This document shows, in pieces, positions 62,448 to 64,000 of a DNA stretch of 64,000 bases (positions are counted from its first letter, which is position 1; every line of letters begins with the position of its first letter). Both the position numbers and the translations under genes were made by a program. The stretch spans positions 631,788 to 695,787 of the forward strand of contig JACKDP010000002.1 of assembly GCA_020633435.1 (NCBI GenBank), read 5' to 3'. This DNA comes from Myxococcales bacterium. GTDB taxonomy: Bacteria > Myxococcota_A > Bradymonadia > UBA7976 > UBA1532. The notes below the pieces were generated by a model that saw only the letters and a list, made by a program, of their open reading frames with translations, had not been told where the DNA came from and ran no database searches.

Positions 62448-63915
62448 TCAGTTCGTCCGCGGGCAGCCGCTGCGATCGGCCGGGTAGTACCGCGTCGGCT
62501 TGTTGATGCGGCAGGTCTCCTCGGTGAGGCCCGCCCCGGGCACGTTGGCACAGAACAGCGTGCCCTGCACCCGGCCGGCGCCGAAGACGTCCCCCTCCTG
62601 GAAGTACACCACCGACTCGTCGGGCTGGCTGGCCACGCAGCCGCGGTGGTCACCGCCCGCCATCGCGATGTCGCACCCCACCGGGAACGCCGCCTCGGGC
62701 GGGCACCGCGTGGTGATGCAGTCGCCGTTCAGGTTCACCTCGACGGCGATCCGGCAGTTGTCGGCGTGGCCGTCGCAGTCGTCGTCCAGGCCGTTGTCGC
62801 AGATCTCCTCGCCCGGCAGGGTCGCGCCCTCGCAGGCGGCCCACCGGCCGTCGGGGCCGCACGTCTGCACCCCGGCCGCGCAGGGCCCCACGCCGATCTG
62901 GGCCGGGTTGCCGCCATAGCAGGCCCGCCGCAGGTTGGGGTTGCAGGCCTCGGGCCGGCCGTCGGGCATGGTGCAGGGCTGCTCGTCGATCTGCCCGTCG
63001 CAGTCGTTGTCGGCCCGGTCCGCGCAGATCTCGGCCGCGTCCGGGGCGCAGCCGCAGCCCTCGTCCACCTGGCCATCGCAGTCCTCGTCCACCTCGTTGC
63101 CGCAGACCTCGCGGAGCTGGCACGGGTCGTCGCAGCCATCGTCGATCAGGCCGTTGCAGTCGTTGTCGATGCCATCGTTGCAGGTCTCGGCCGGATCGCA
63201 CTCCGCGCACGAGTCATCCAGCTCGCACTCCAGGCACGACTCGTCCACCACCAGATCGCAGTCATCGTCGATCTGGTTGCCGCAGATCTCTTCGCCCTGG
63301 CAGCCGCAGCCCTCGTCCACCCGCCCATCGCAGTCGTCGTCCAGGCCGTCGCCGCAGCGCTCCTGATCGCCACACACGGTGCAGCCCTCATCGGCGATGC
63401 CATCGCAGTCGTTGTCGAGGCCGTCGCCGCACTGCTCGTCGGCGCCCGCGCAGTCCTGGCAGTCCTCGTCGGCCGTGGCGTCGCAGTCGTCGTCCTCGCC
63501 GTTGCAGACCTCGAAGCCCGGCCCGCCCCAGCCCTCGCACAGGCCGAAGAACTCCCCCGTGTCGTCGCAACCCCGCGTACCGTCGCGACAAACGCCGACA
63601 CCGCGCGTCCCGGGCGGCCCCCCGTAGCAGGCGTCGGGGGCGGCCGGATCGCACTGGCAGCCCACCTCGTCCACCTGGCCATCGCAGTCGTTGTCGGCGG
63701 CGTCGCAGACCTCCTCGCCGCAGCCGGTCAGGGGCACCTCGCCGCCCCCGGCGCCGCCCGGGCCGCCGCCCCGGCCCCCCTGCGCCCCCGCCGGCGCTGC
63801 CTGCGCCCGCGTCGAAGACCGGCGGCAGCGCGGCGTCCACCGCGGACGCCCCGCCACCCCCCTCGCCGTCGTCACAGGCCATCAGGACGAGCGCCAGTCC
63901 GACCAGATACCGCAT
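62448..63915 (-). pseudogene. paralogous MopE-repeat lipoprotein; the lipobox signal (ORF 63388..63915) and the body (ORF 62448..63875) are in different frames (frameshift or indel error in a G/C homopolymer, Gly-rich region)
   Basis: ATG at 63915 encodes MRYLVGLALVLMACDDGEGGGG in one frame. The 475-aa body with the MopE repeats and the conserved C-terminal block (CNPNLRRACY...RGCVAS...YFQEGD...RINKPTRYYPADRSGCP) is in another frame starting near 63875. The two genes are only 9 bp apart. Confidence 0.55.
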
Positions 63916-64000
63916 GGGACCTCCCCCGAGTCTGCGCCGATCGGAGCACGCGCGTCCCGATCACCGCAATCGCTATCGCCGGGGGGGAGTCCACCGTCGG

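Overview
This is a very GC-rich (about 70%), gene-dense chromosomal segment. It looks like Myxococcota: there is a MYXO-CTERM sorting tail, many MopE-type Cys-rich repeats, a Ser/Thr kinase fused to an FGE domain, and many lipobox signal peptides. I found no rRNA, tRNA or CRISPR. I call about 44 protein-coding genes on both strands.

The most notable system is a 2,505-aa lipoprotein Rhs/YD-repeat polymorphic toxin (44695..52212). It has an unusual N-terminal array of about 18 MopE-like Cys-rich repeats and an unrecognised C-terminal toxin domain of about 160 aa. A small candidate immunity gene follows it.

Other notable items:
- a bacterial major vault protein homologue (30666..33335);
- a MutH/Sau3AI-type endonuclease whose stop overlaps the start of a CobW-type GTPase, upstream of a lamin-tail/PPDK_N lipoprotein;
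- an IS200-like tyrosine transposase (RAYT) flanked by tandem REP-like repeats;
- a 168-bp MITE-like element with perfect 16-bp terminal inverted repeats;
- several secreted proteases (M16 pair, metzincin, S1) and giant Cys-rich/LTD lipoproteins;
- three genes (cyclophilin lipoprotein, pseudokinase membrane protein, MopE lipoprotein paralogue) whose domains lie in different frames at homopolymer or tandem-repeat sites. These are either pseudogenes or indel errors in the assembly.

The many long antisense ORFs in the ORF track are GC3-bias artefacts and are rejected below.
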